From the NCBI GenBank assembly GCA_024679065.1, contig JAGIQG010000007.1:82584001-82648000 (forward strand): 64,000 bases of DNA, written 5' to 3'. A model generated the notes under the pieces. It saw only the letters and a list, made by a program, of their open reading frames with translations. It ran no database searches and was not told the origin of the DNA. Positions 25,247-37,873 of this stretch are shown here, in pieces (positions within the stretch are counted from its first letter, which is position 1; the number at the start of each line of letters is the position of its first letter). Source of the stretch: Sphyrna mokarran. Taxonomy: Eukaryota. The position numbers were made by a program, and so were the translations under genes.

Positions 25247-25569
25247 GTGAGACATGGTGAGTTATTTTGCCAGACTGTTAGCATAAACACAACAGACTAA
25301 GTGACCTCTTACAATGCTGTTAACATTTTATGATTCTTTGTATTGGAAAGATATTCATTTGCCATTCTTCTCTGCTTTCTGTCCTTTTTCATGTAACAAT
25401 TGTCCCTTTAATCCCATGGTTCCAATGATGTTAACCAGCCCATTATATGATACTTTACTAAACACCATTTAGAAATTTAAATACAGAATATTATTCACAT
25501 TAACCCAAGAACAGGCACCCCAAAATATCATCAAAGATCCCAATCAAGTTAGTTATACTCAATTACTGA

Positions 25570-27310
25570 AAGGAAGGACAGTGGACAGATAATGGCAGGC
25601 ATTCAAGGTGCAAGAGTGGAAAGATAACTGTGGCCAAATCATGGCTTACAATGGAAATTAAATATTGTATTAGATTCAAAGAAGAAGCCTATAACTTGGC
25701 AAGAAAAGACAATAGACCAAAAGATTGGAAGCAGTTTAAAATTCAGTAAAGATGGACTAAGAATTGATTAAAAAGGGGAAAATAAACTATGAAAGTAAAC
25801 CAATGAGAAACATAAAAGATTGACGGTAAAAATTTCCATAAATATGTGAAGAGAAAAATATTGACAAAAGTTAATATAAGTGCCCTACAGTTAGAAATGA
25901 GGGGAATTCATAATGGCAGATCAAAGAAATAACTGAGTAACTAAATTCACACTTTGCTTCTGTATTCACAAAGCAAGACATGAATAATGTACTGGAAGTA
26001 CTAAGAAACGTTAAGTTTCAGCCAGGAGCTGAAGGAAACCAGAATAGAGGAATGGGTTTGGGGAAATTAATGGGATTGAAGATGCATAAGTCCCTAAGAC
26101 TGATAATTTTCGTCCCACAGCACTTAAGAAAGTGGTCTTAGAAATAGTAGATCCAGTGATGGTTATTTTTCAAAATTTTTTGGATTTTAGAATGGTTTGT
26201 TCAAATTGGAGGATAGGCAATACAAGCCCGCTATTTATAAACAGAAAACTATACCCCAGTGAGCCTTACATCAGCCATAGGGAAGTTGCTTGCATCTATT
26301 AACAAGGATTTCATAGCTCAGCATTTGGAAAACAGTGGTAGAATCAGACAAAGTCAGCATGGATTTACAGAAGGAAAATCATGTATGACAAATCCACTGT
26401 GATTCTTTGAGGAAATAACTAATTGAGTTGACCACAGTAAACTGGTGGATGTACTTTATTTAGACTTTCAGAAGGTTTTCAACAAAATCTCACATAGCAG
26501 ACTACTATGTAAAGTTAAAGCACGTGGGATTGTGGGTAGTGTCTTGAGATGGATAGAAAGCTAGTTAACAGACTGGAAGCAAAGTGTGAGAATAAATGGA
26601 TATTATTCCAATTGGCAGGCAGTCATGAGTGTTATACCCCAGGGATTTGTGCTAGGACCCCAACTGTTCACATTATATATTAATGATTTGAAAGAGGGAA
26701 CTGAATGTGTTATCTCCAAATTTGTAAATGATATAAAGTTGGGGGGAGGATGAGCTGTGAGGTGGATGTGGAGATGCTTCAGCGTAATTTGGACAGGTTG
26801 AGTGTGCAGGCATATGCATGGTAGATGCAGTATAATGTGGATAAATGTGAGGTTATCCACTTTGGTAGCAAACATAAGAAGATAGATTATTATTTGGATG
26901 GCTGTAAATTGAGAGGAATGGTTACTCAACAAGACCTTGGTGTCACTGAATGTAAGTTTGCAGTACAGCAGGGAGTAAAGAAATTGTTTTTGGTCTTCAT
27001 AGCGAGAGGATTTGAGTATAAGAATGCGGATGTTTTACTTCAATTGTATAGGGTGTTTGCTTGTCCATACCTGGAATATTGTGTGTAGTTTTAGTGTCTT
27101 TACCTGAAAAAAGATGTTTTCGATATAGAGGGAGTACAGCAAAGATTTGACAGGCTGATTCCTGAATGGCTGCTTTGTCAAATGAGGAAAGACTAAGTCA
27201 ATTAGAATTTTAAAATGTAGAAGACTGAGAGGGAATCTCATAGAAAGTTATAAAATTCTAACAGGATTTGACAAAGTGCAGTCAAGAAAGAATGTTCCCA
27301 ATGGTTGTTG
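25570..27310 (+). mobile_element. Old CR1 LINE ORF2 fragment
   Basis: Degenerate QHGF, LDFQK, PQG and KCEVIHFG coding motifs. Confidence 0.85.
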
Positions 27311-27902
27311 ATGTGGGATTTTCTTAATTATCTTAATATTATGTGATATAAGACACGTGTCCAGACTATTCTTTATGATGCACAGTCCAATGTTTGAAAT
27401 AGAAGGGTTCCCTCAGTCATCATGCAAGATCCTGGATCAAGCTATGAGGTGGTTAGTGGCAAAATGATTAATGGTTTCTGAAAGGGAAGATTTCTGTTAA
27501 TGAGTATCCTTAAGAATGAGTCAAGTTGAAAAGCAGTTTGCTTTTTTTAAAAGTTCCCTTACCTGAGGATCTGGATTGAAGTGTTGGGGAATGGGATGAT
27601 GGAAATATGTCATTGGTTTCTGATATTTTGCATTTTCAAGATGGCTGCATAATGCAACATTCCCTGTGTAAGGTATTTGATATTGTTAAAGTAAAATATC
27701 CATCTTTTATCCGGATCAAATTTTGAATCCTTATACTCTAGTGGGGTGCTCTGCTGATGCTCAGTGTGAAAAAAAAAACACACTTATACATGAATCAATG
27801 CTTCACTTAGCTGTTGCTAGGTGAAGATAAATGCTTGCTGCTATGGAAACATGAGTGATTTTACATGTGTCCATGCTGTTGTCAGTAACATGGTGATAAT
27901 CA

Positions 27903-28845
27903 CATAGAAACATAGAAAATAAGAGCAGGATAGGTCATTCAGTTCTTTGAGTATGTTCCACCATCCATTGTGAACATAGCTAATTAATAGCCTGATACCA
28001 CTTTCCTTCCATATCTTTTGATCATCTTTACTCTCAGTGCTAACTCCTTGAAAACATACAATCTTTTGGCCTCAACTGCTTTCTGTGGCACCAAATTTCA
28101 TAGGGCCATCACTCTCTGGGTGAAGAAATTTCTCCTCACCTCAGTCCATATCCTTAGACTATATTCCCTGGTCTGGATGCCCTCATCATCAGGAATATCC
28201 TTCCTGCATCTACCCTGTCTAAGAGATGTCCCATCATTCTTCTGAGCTCCAGCGAATATAATCCTAACCACCTCAATCTCTCCTCATACATCAATCTTGC
28301 CATACCGGGAATCAGTCTGTAGCAAGAACACCCTTCCTTTGATAAGAAAACCAAGACTGCACAATATTCCAGGTGTGGCATCACCAAGGCCTTGTATAAT
28401 TGCAGTGAAACATCCTTACTCCTGAACTCAATTCCTCATGATATGGAGGCCAACATGCCATTTGCTTTCTTTACTACCTGCATGCTTACTTAGCTTCAGC
28501 AACTAATGTACCATGACATCCAGATCTTTTGAACATTCCCTTCTCTTAATTTATTGCTATTCAGATAATAATCTGTTTTCCTATTATTGCTACCAAAGTG
28601 CTACCAAGCCTTATATTTATCCACGTTTTACTGCATCCATCATTTGCCAACTCAATCATCCTGTCCAAATCAGACTGAAGCATCTCTGCATCCTCCTCAG
28701 AGCTCACCCTTTCACTCAACTATGTGTCATCTGCAAATGTGGAGATGTTACATTTAACTGTATCATTTAATTAATATATATTGTGAACAGCTGGGGTCAC
28801 AGAACTGATCCCTGAGGTACCCACTAGTCACTGTTTGTCATTTGG
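27903..28845 (-). mobile_element. CR1 3' fragment ending about 70 bp from the V4 RSS
   Basis: PHLEYCA and RLIPGMARLMYEERL; catagaaacatagaa tail. Confidence 0.8.
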
Positions 28846-28913
28846 GTGGAAATCTTCAAAGGCTCCAGACGTGTTTTATGTGTGAACAGCTTGACAGAAT
28901 GAGCATGGTGTTG

Positions 28914-28952
28914 GGTTTTTGTATGGGTTTTTCTATGCTTTCAGTCGCTGTG
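28914..28952 (-). other. 23-RSS of V4 (CACAGCG-23-ACAAAAACC) with a second nonamer-like motif inside the spacer
   Basis: Plus strand ggtttttgt 28914-28922, ggtttttct 28926-28934, cgctgtg 28946-28952. Confidence 0.92.
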
Positions 28953-29421
28953 ACTCCATAAAGCACAGTAATAGATTCCGGAGTCATCCTCCTTAATGTC
29001 CCGCAGCAGCAGATTGCAGGTTTTGCTTGCACTAACTTTTTCAGCAAACAATGCTTTATTGGTCATATCTTGAGCAGTCTCGGATGGATTCTTATAATAT
29101 AACATTCGTTGCAACCCTTGACCGGGGCTTTGCCGGTACCAATGAATAATGGCATTCTCGAAGTCTGTTCCGTCGATCTTACACTCAAACTGGACTGTCT
29201 TCATCTGATTCTTGGTCATTGAAAGTGGAGATTGCGTCAACGTTTGAGCGTCTGCTTCTCCTGTAGGAGATAAAAACACATCAGTCAGATGATTTGTCAA
29301 TAAGGGGACGGGGGTGGGGGGTGAGATGGGCAGAATGATGAATATGAAAAATAATCAGTTGGAACCTCCAATACTGACTGAGGAAAGAGGTTAGTAAAAT
29401 CATAACAATGTGACCCTTCAT
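28953..29421 (-). CDS. TRGV: TCR gamma variable segment V4: leader 29421-29379, intron 118 bp, V exon 29260-28953
   Basis: Spliced product MKGHIVMILLTSFL-R-EADAQTLTQSPLSMTKNQMKTVQFECKIDGTDFENAIIHWYRQSPGQGL...DDSGIYYCALWS. GTCAGT donor, CCTACAG acceptor. Confidence 0.92.
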
Positions 29422-29485
29422 GTTTGTGTGTCCAACATTGAACTGATCCGGGTTTACTAATAACTGTTACTAGGTCGCTGCGATG

Positions 29486-29500
29486 CCGGAAATTACGTCA
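29486..29500 (-). promoter_or_regulatory. V4 proximal promoter: composite ETS-CRE CCGGAAATTACGTCA
   Basis: 65-80 bp upstream of the ATG; resembles the CCGGAAGTGACGTCA composite motif. Confidence 0.55.
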
Positions 29501-30519
29501 ATCGGTTTTACCCAATATTGAATCTCCACGTAACCTCAGGCTGTTGTTTCCATTTGGCGGTTGTGATGTTTCATCTTGTTATTGACTCTTTCGCTTCAAT
29601 CCGCCTTTCATCACAACTATGAAATCCATTCACTCGAAGTGATCAGTTTTCTGGTGGTTCATTCTATAGAGTTTCTCAAGTTTCCTTATCCCATTGAGAT
29701 AGTTTCAAAGTAACAGATCTACATTTCCCGTTCCAGTAACAATCTTACACAGCTGGAAGAACACCTTCCCAACACCTCCAGATCAAAACCAGGGCCCCAA
29801 ATCTTTCCAATATTTGTGCTCTTGATATTAGGATCATCCTTATGCCTGAGCACTGCCTGCAGTACATTAATGTATCCCGTGTATGTGCCTGAATGACTAG
29901 AGGGAGAATCATTACTCTATGTGATCTAACTCGAGATTCTATACAGTCTTCCGATTACCTCTTCTGACTATTGAAGGCGAACTTTTCATTGCCTTTGCGA
30001 TTGCTACTTTTAGCTGGTTGGATTATTGATCATTGAGTTTACTTTCACTCCCCCTCAAAATAATCCTTATTCTCATTGTTGCTGTCAAGTGCGTAGCTCG
30101 AACTTTCTCTTACTTTCGCAATCCCTCTCTATTTTTTTCTTCATTCCGTATTCTCTCTCCCTCCTCTCTTTATTTATCTCTTTCTCATCATTTTTCTTTT
30201 ACCTTCTTTTGTTTTGACTCATTATCTTTCTCATTTTCTGTTGCCCTCTTCCTCCCTTTCTGTCTCTTTAATGTCCTTTAGGGAAGGGACTCTGCCGTCC
30301 TTACTTGGTCTGCCCTGTATGTGACTCCACATCCCACTGCGATGTGGTTAACTCTTAAATGGGTGGGTAATAAATGCTGGCCGAGCCAGTAACGTCTACA
30401 TCCGGTGAACAAAAAAAAAACTCTCCTTTATTTTGTCCTTTCTCTATTTCTCTCGCTATTGTTTTTCTTCCAATTTCTCATTGTTTCTCTCACTTCTCTT
30501 TTTCACACACTCTGAAAAT

Positions 30520-33175
30520 TTGCTGTTCAGAGGGACTTTGCTGTATTCAAACAAGGAATACAAAGTTAACGTGCAGGTGCAGCAAGTAATTAGGAAGGCA
30601 AATGGTATACTGGGCTTTATTGCAAGAGATTTGGAGTACAAAATGAAGGAAGCTGTCTTGCAGAGATTTGCTAAAACCACATCTAGAGCACTGTGTAGTT
30701 TGCTCTCCATGGTTAAGAAAGAATATGTTTACATTAGAAAGGCTTCAGCGAAGGTTCACTAGATTGGTTTATCGGATGAAAGGTTGTTCTATCATGAGAA
30801 GCTGAGTAAATTGGCCAATATTCTCTCCAGTTAATATGAATAGGCTGTGATTTCATTGAAAGGGTTTAATAGGAGAGTCAGTGATAGGTTATTTCCCCTG
30901 ACAAGGGAATCTAGAACACAGGAGAAAAGTCTCAGGATAAGGGGCTGATCATTTAGGATTGAGATGAGGAAAACATCTTCACTGAGGTTTGTGACTCTTT
31001 GGGATTCTTCACTGCAGGGAGTTATAAATTTCTCTTGTTGAGTATATTCAAGGAGACTTTTGGTCTTTGAGGAAATCAAGGATAGGGGCCAAGAAAGCAG
31101 ACTTGAGCCCATGACTGTACGGTCTCATAGGTCTCATATGGTCTCCTCCTGCTTCCCTCTGTTTTCTACCAACCACTTGAGGTGGGGGTTGATCAATCTT
31201 TGACACTGTGAATGCAATTAAGTTCTCCTGGTATCCTACATAGGTTGCAACTACTTCCTGTGGTAGTGAATTCCACACACTCACCACTCTGCAGGGCAGC
31301 TTAGTGGCACAATGATTAGCACTGCTGCCTTGCAGTGTCAGGAACCTGGGTTCGATTCCTGGCTTGGATCACTGTCTGTGCAGTCTGCACATTCTCCCCA
31401 TGCCTGCGTGCATTTCCTCTAAGTGCTCTGGTTTCCTCCCAGAGTCTGAAAGACACATTGGTTAGATGCATTGGCCATGTTAAATTCTCCCTCAGTATGC
31501 ATGAACAGGCCCAGGATGTGGTGACTCAGGGATTTTCACAGTAACTTCATTACAGTATTAATGTAAGCCTACTTGCTGACATAACATATATATTTAATAA
31601 TAAACTAATCTCTGGGTAAAGAAATTTCTCCTCATCTCAGTTCTGAGAGGCTTGACCCTTATCTTCAAACTATGACCCCTAGTTCTGGACTCCCCCACCA
31701 TTGGGAATATTCTATTTGAATCTACCACGTCTAATCCTGTTAGAATTTTATAAATTTCTATGAGATCCCCTCGCACTCTTCTAATCTTCAATGAATACAA
31801 TCTTAACTGATTAGTCTGTCCTCGTATGACAGACCTGTTGTCCTAGGATTCAGCTGTCAAATCTGTGCTGCACTCTCTCTAATAGCAAGGATATCCTCTA
31901 AATGATACACAGCCTGCTCTCTAATGGGTTCTATCCACTCAATCAGCTGCTCAGAATGGCTTCTACCAAGTTTCAGTCTACTGTTCATTTAGCTCTCATT
32001 TATTGATATATATTGTGAAAAACTGGGAACCCAGCAATGATCACTAGTCATTGTCTGCCATTCGAAAAATTACTTCATCTGTTTGTTCTGTTGTTCTATC
32101 AGCTTCATGTTCAGTTCCTACTTACCAACCATCTAATGGGAACTCCATCGCTCCAGAGGGGCTAGTAAAGGATCTGAGAGTCAGGCCAGATAGCTTATAT
32201 GATACTGATTGATTGGAATTCGATTGATGCTCTGTGGAATTTGACATTGACAGACCCAATGGTGATGTTGGGCTATTTGTAATCATATGAGACCATTAAT
32301 GGATATCTCTTTCATTCACATTTTAAATTGATTACCTTAATTAAATGTTTACATATGCAGATGAAAGAAACCACTTTGACACAGACGACCATAGGAACAT
32401 TGAAACATAGGAGCTGGACTAGGCCATTCAGCCCCTCAAGTCTACTCTGCCATCCAATTACATCATGGCTAATCATCTAGCCACTTCCGCCATATCTATT
32501 GATGTCATTAGTATCTAGAAATCTATCAATCTTGATCTTGAACCTCCACAGCCATCTGGGATAGAGAATTTCAAAGATTCACAATCCTCCAAGTGAAGTA
32601 AATCCTCCTGTTCTCAATCCTAAATAGCCAACATTTTATTCTGAGACTGTGCCCCTTGTTGGGAAATGCCCACCAGGGGAAGTATTCTTCCTGCATCTAC
32701 CCTGAGCTGAGCTTCAAGAATTTTATATGCTTCAATGAGATCACATCTCATTCTTCAAATCTCTGGGGAGTACTGGCCCAGTCTCCTCAAACTCTCCTGA
32801 TAAGACCATCCCATCATCCCAGGATTCAGCCTACTAAACACTCACGGCAGTCCGTCAATGGCAAGAACGCCCTCTGTTAGGTAAAGAGACCAAACTTGTA
32901 CACAGTACTCCAGGTGCATCTCACCAAAGCTCTACTTAATTGCAGCAAGAAATCTTTATTCCTATACTCAAATCCTCTTGTAATAAAGGCCAACATTTCA
33001 TCTACCTTCCTAGTCACTTATCCGCGTTCTAATCTTTCCAGATCCATGTGCAGGACACCTTGATCCCCCTGGACCAGACAATTCTACAATTTCTGTTCAC
33101 TTAAATAATCTGCCGGTGTGGACAAGTTCACATTTTACCACTTCATACTCCATCTGCCAAACCTTTGCCCGCTCC
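30520..33175. mobile_element. CR1 fragments on both strands plus a V-SINE (about 31294-31590, +)
   Basis: KANGILGFIARDLEYK and RGDLIEIYKILTG...RNFFTQR; SINE head and body. Confidence 0.8.
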
Positions 33176-34124
33176 TGCACTGAGCAACTAAAGATGCAGA
33201 TAGAAAGTCCGGAATCTGGAGAAACTCTGGAGAAAGTGGTGTGAAGAGATTGAAAGCTAAAAATGGTATAAATTATAGAGTTGTGGACAGGAGTGCATTG
33301 GAGATGGTGGAAGGAGAGAAGCCATCATCTGGACAAATAAAATTTAAAAGCGTCAGAACATGAAGGGATAGATGCCGATTCCGAATAAACTGCAGCCCAC
33401 ATTCATTTAGCGATTTATATTTTTATGTCGGTATCAGACGGTGAGATTTGTTGGTGACTTTGGAAAGGCGATTAATACAAATTAAAACAAATTCCACAGC
33501 GATCTCTAGGAACACGCGAGATTAAAATCAAGGATTGTATAACAACGGAGAATGCGATCTCTCAGCAATTGAAGCTGTTTCATTGGAGCTAGTTATAATA
33601 GAGTGAATAACTGCTGCATTAAATTCCTTCGTTATGTTGAGGTATGCGGAATTATGTTTAGTTAATGCATCATTAACATATTTAGATTCCTGATATCTCT
33701 CTCTGGGGTTCTCATTTACTGATCTGATTTGGTTGCCATTTAATCTTTAGGTCTTTAATTTCAGTTCCAAACAGCGAATATCAAAAAAATTATTTTTGGC
33801 TCTAAACATAAGCACCTGCCAATCTTTGTACTAAACCTAAGATTTCTGGTGAATCCTGACAGCTGTTTTTCGCTCGCATATCCCCACAGCATGGCATTTG
33901 TTTGTTCATCTCTGGTGACATTCACAGGATTAATATCTTGTTCCCGCCGTGTTGTGGCCTAAAGCTATGGTCCCCCCACAGACTCTAATTTCCCGGCATC
34001 TGGTGAAACGATTGGAGAATTCAGACATAAATTTTACTGATTGACTGCAGGTTTAACCTGGCTGGTTAACAGATTCTAAATGAAGCTCTGGGAATGGGGA
34101 ATAATGCTTACTGGCCCCACACAG

Positions 34125-34163
34125 TGTATTTGTAAGGGCTCCTCATAGCCTCGTGTCACTGTG
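34125..34163 (-). other. 23-RSS of V5 (CACAGTG-23-ACAAATACA)
   Basis: Plus strand tgtatttgt 34125-34133 and cactgtg 34157-34163. Confidence 0.88.
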
Positions 34164-34593
34164 CTAGTCCATAAGGCACAGTAATAAACTCCCGCATCGC
34201 TCTCCAGGACGTTTCCGATATCCAGCCGACTCGTCTTTTCTGTTTGCACCATTTCGGCTCTGAATCTATCTTTCAAAGTATCTTCGTCATAAACTGGGCC
34301 GCCGCCTGCCACGTGGAGAATGCGGTGCAAGCCGCGCTCGGGAGTATAACGGTACCAGTGAATCGCATTTGTAGAATCCATATTTTCATACATACAGTGA
34401 AAACGAGCAGTTTTACTCGGAGCTTTGGTTGTGGAGAGCTTGGGCTGTATCACTTTTTGAGAAAAAGAACCTGCGTGAAAGAACATGACTTAATATTTCA
34501 CATTGTCAGAAAATATATAATTTAAAATGAATCAAATCTAAAGTACCCACAAGAGAAAGATGCCCAAAATATGACCATTAAAAGGATCTTCAT
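34164..34593 (-). CDS. TRGV: TCR gamma variable segment V5 (most distal V found): leader 34593-34551, intron 80 bp, V exon 34470-34164
   Basis: Spliced product MKILLMVIFWASFS-C-SFSQKVIQPKLSTTKAPSKTARFHCMYENMDSTNAIHWYRYTPERGL...SDAGVYYCALWT. GTGGGT donor, TTCACGCAG acceptor. Confidence 0.92.
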
Positions 34594-34650
34594 TGTCTTC
34601 GTTTTTACTCTGAGCTGACTGACTTTGAAGATCTGATAAAATAGATATCT

Positions 34651-34663
34651 AGAGGAAGTGACG
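34651..34663 (-). promoter_or_regulatory. V5 proximal promoter: ETS plus CRE half-site AGAGGAAGTGACG
   Basis: About 58-70 bp upstream of the ATG. Confidence 0.55.
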
Positions 34664-37600
34664 CGACATGTCTCCTCCATTACAAGTAGATTTAAGATAG
34701 TCTGATCTGACCTGATCGGTAATTGGGAGAAAGATTCTCTGAAATGATTCTTTGTTGATTCTGAATCTGCGCCCATGTAGCGACCGCAGGATGTCCCAAC
34801 GCGCTTCCAACGAATAGCCACTTTTGTAGGCAGTTTGCAATTTGTGCACAACCCGATCCCACTACAATAATTAGACTAAAGGGGCAGATAGTTTGTTTTC
34901 AATGCTATTGTTTAAGAAAATGAATCTCAAGAGGGAGACTAAGCCTGCGTTTAACGCCTCATCATAAAAACTCGCAGACAATGCAGAACTCCCTCAGTAC
35001 TGCACAAGATCCATTGAACACAAACCTCAAGTACCATTCTGGAGTCTTCACTATCTCGGTATGTCTTGAAGTGCTTTACTGATAATTAAATATTTTGCGT
35101 ATTCACTTATGTCAGAAACACTATACCCAGTTTTTACACAGCAAGTTCCCATAAACACTGGCGACTTTGGAATTCTGCATAGGGCGTTTTTTTTAATGAA
35201 AATGCTGGTAATAGTGAGGGCAAGGAGCATCTGCAGAGATTGCATCAGAGAAAATAGGATCTATGTAGGCCGTTCGGCCCTTCGAATCTGTTCCACCGTT
35301 GACTCGTTCAAACACATTCATTTATGAACCAATGCTTCACTTAGTCAGTTATCAAGAAAAGGTCTTGTTTCTGCTATTGTCAATGCACATTGAACACAGC
35401 ATCCAAAGTTATAACTGGTACCTTCCGAGATGAAACTGCGGAGTTACCAGCTTCATTCGCTCTTGTCTAGCTCCAGGGATTGGTCACCAGAAGATTTCTG
35501 ACAATGATGAAATTCTTTCCCTTCCAGCCGAGACTTTCTGAGTCTCCCAAATACCTGAAATTCCCAATCTCGGTAGGTTAAATAATCATTCAGAATGATC
35601 TTTCTTCGACAAGGAAAAAATATGTTGCCTAATATCAATAACATCTCAATACGGCTCTTGTGGTCTGTGTGTTCACAGCTCGAGGTGTAGTTCCAGGAGG
35701 CAATGCAAGTTCCCCTAGTTCTACCTGCGTGGGAATCAATACACATTAAACATCTCGGCTAAACCATCTGGACTGATGGTACAAGGAGATTACAAGAGTT
35801 GTCTGCGACACTTTTAGCTCAAATTCAATTGTGAAAACTGCCATTGTAGCAGTTTGTGAGTTTAAAATACAAAATGTGCGAAAGCCCTTTAAACGCAAAC
35901 TCTCTGTACCAAAGACACTGCAATGAAAACCCTTCGCCCTTATAAATAAACCTTACACTATTAGTGAATATTTTAACAATATACTATCTGCTGACAAATA
36001 TTTTATGGCACCATCAACAATAATAGAGAAGAAATAATCATTTAGGTATTTACATTGAGGTCGGAAGCAGCTCGCCACAATAACGAATCGGGTTTCATGT
36101 TAGACACTATTTGCCCCAACTCTTGCAGTGCTGAGCCTACACCAGGTGTTCTGTAGCTGCTAGCAGGCTTCATTCTGACTGTCTTCATTTTACTGCTTAA
36201 ACAATTCTGACCTTTAAAATCGCCCAGGATAGTCAGTTCAGTCACTCTCTAAGCAGGAGGTTTCCAGCCTCATTTGCAGAATGGATCAGAGGCAAATGGT
36301 TGGTATCTATGGATCCACGTTAAAACGAGTCCAGATTAATTTCGTTTGTGACTCGAGAACATCGATGTTCTTCCTATGGGATTCGCTAGACTTTTCCAGA
36401 GGCCCTCTTCTCTTTCAAGGTGAAACCAAATAGACAAACTCAAATTAAATTAGGACAAAGTAAAACGGCATCTTCCCAAAAAGAAGGGGAACAGTCCGAA
36501 CAAAAACAAAGTACAAAGGAAACTTAAAAAACGTTAAGAATCAATCACATTTCTGTGGGTCTGAAGTCACATGTTGGCCAGACGAAGTAAGGACATTAGT
36601 GAACCAGATGGGTTTTTACAATAATCTACATGGTTTCATGATCATTATTAGACTTTTATTTCCAGTTGCCATGGTGAGCTTCGAACCACTAGTCACCGCC
36701 TTCCCTTCAACGATTGGTTAAATGCTAAATAATTCCAACCAGGAAGATAGTTGTGCTCTTTACGTTCACCCACTGACAACAGGATCGACATCATTTCCTA
36801 ATCCAAGCAACTGACAAGAGAATCTGGCTTGATTTCTGGAATAGAGTGAAATCTACAAACTGCTTCAATTTGCAATCAAAATAACACCAATTCACTAATC
36901 GATTTTTCCGCATAATCGATATTTTTAAATTCAATTCTTGATATTTAGTCCCGTTACCTTATCTGGATCGCTGGTGATCTATTCGTTGAAGGAATACTTT
37001 ATAGAAATCTTGGTGGGGTTCAGATAAACCTTGCTGCTCACATTGGACAATATCTCCATAGATCGATAAACAACTGAGAGAAGTTAGATTTTAGTTTTCC
37101 CTTAGCTTATTGAGAAGAGGAGCCACAAAGTGAGGCTGAAAATGAGGAGTTAGGTCTACTATATATGGAGATTAAATTGTTACTTGCTGTCTCAGTCTTG
37201 TAAAAGCCACTTTTTAAAACACATCCAAACTAGGAGTAAGGGAGCTGATAGTCCACCATAATGCATAGACCAGGGTGTTTTCACAAATAGGAACAAAGGA
37301 ACGTGATTCGTCCATTCATCCCGTTGAACCTGCTCCCAAAACTGCTCTGTGGTAATCGAGTATGGAACCAGGTGCGATTTCCTTGGTGTTTTGGTTGGAT
37401 ATTTGTATATTTGGGTTTCTGGCTGTACCGACCCCTCTCCCTTCCCTCCCACCCCCCCACCCACACACATAGACATGACTGAGATGGGTAACTGGCGCCG
37501 TGGAGGGGTATGGGGCGGGGGAGAAAGGTTTGGGGGAAAGGGGTGCCGGGGTACAGATGTGAGCTCGTGTTTGGTAACATTGCTGCGCTGTTAGAAACAA

Positions 37601-37873
37601 CAGACTTGCTGGGAATAGATAACTGTCTCTCTTAGGACCAGGCAGCAGCCGCCATCCCCGCACAACAGTGAACTACCGATTACACTGTGATTTCAGACAA
37701 GATGTGAATCGTGGTATTAACTGGTTATCATTTCGCCCACGTGAACCAAAGCACCATCGAGCAATTAGTCCAAATGTTTAATTCGTGTGGTATCGAATTG
37801 GGTTCTGATTTTAAACCAAATAAGGAAAAATCATTGCAAAATCCGGCTTGCTCTGCAAACTTCACTGATGAGT

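Noticed and set aside
34980-35005. Origin of the 17-bp minisatellite from the Deu-SINE motif (cagcactccctcagtact)
   Set aside because: The resemblance covers about 11 nt and no SINE sequence flanks the array, so it is unsupported.
36356-36371. Palindrome AGAACA-tcga-TGTTCT as a glucocorticoid/androgen response element
   Set aside because: The spacer is 4 nt; the canonical element needs 3.
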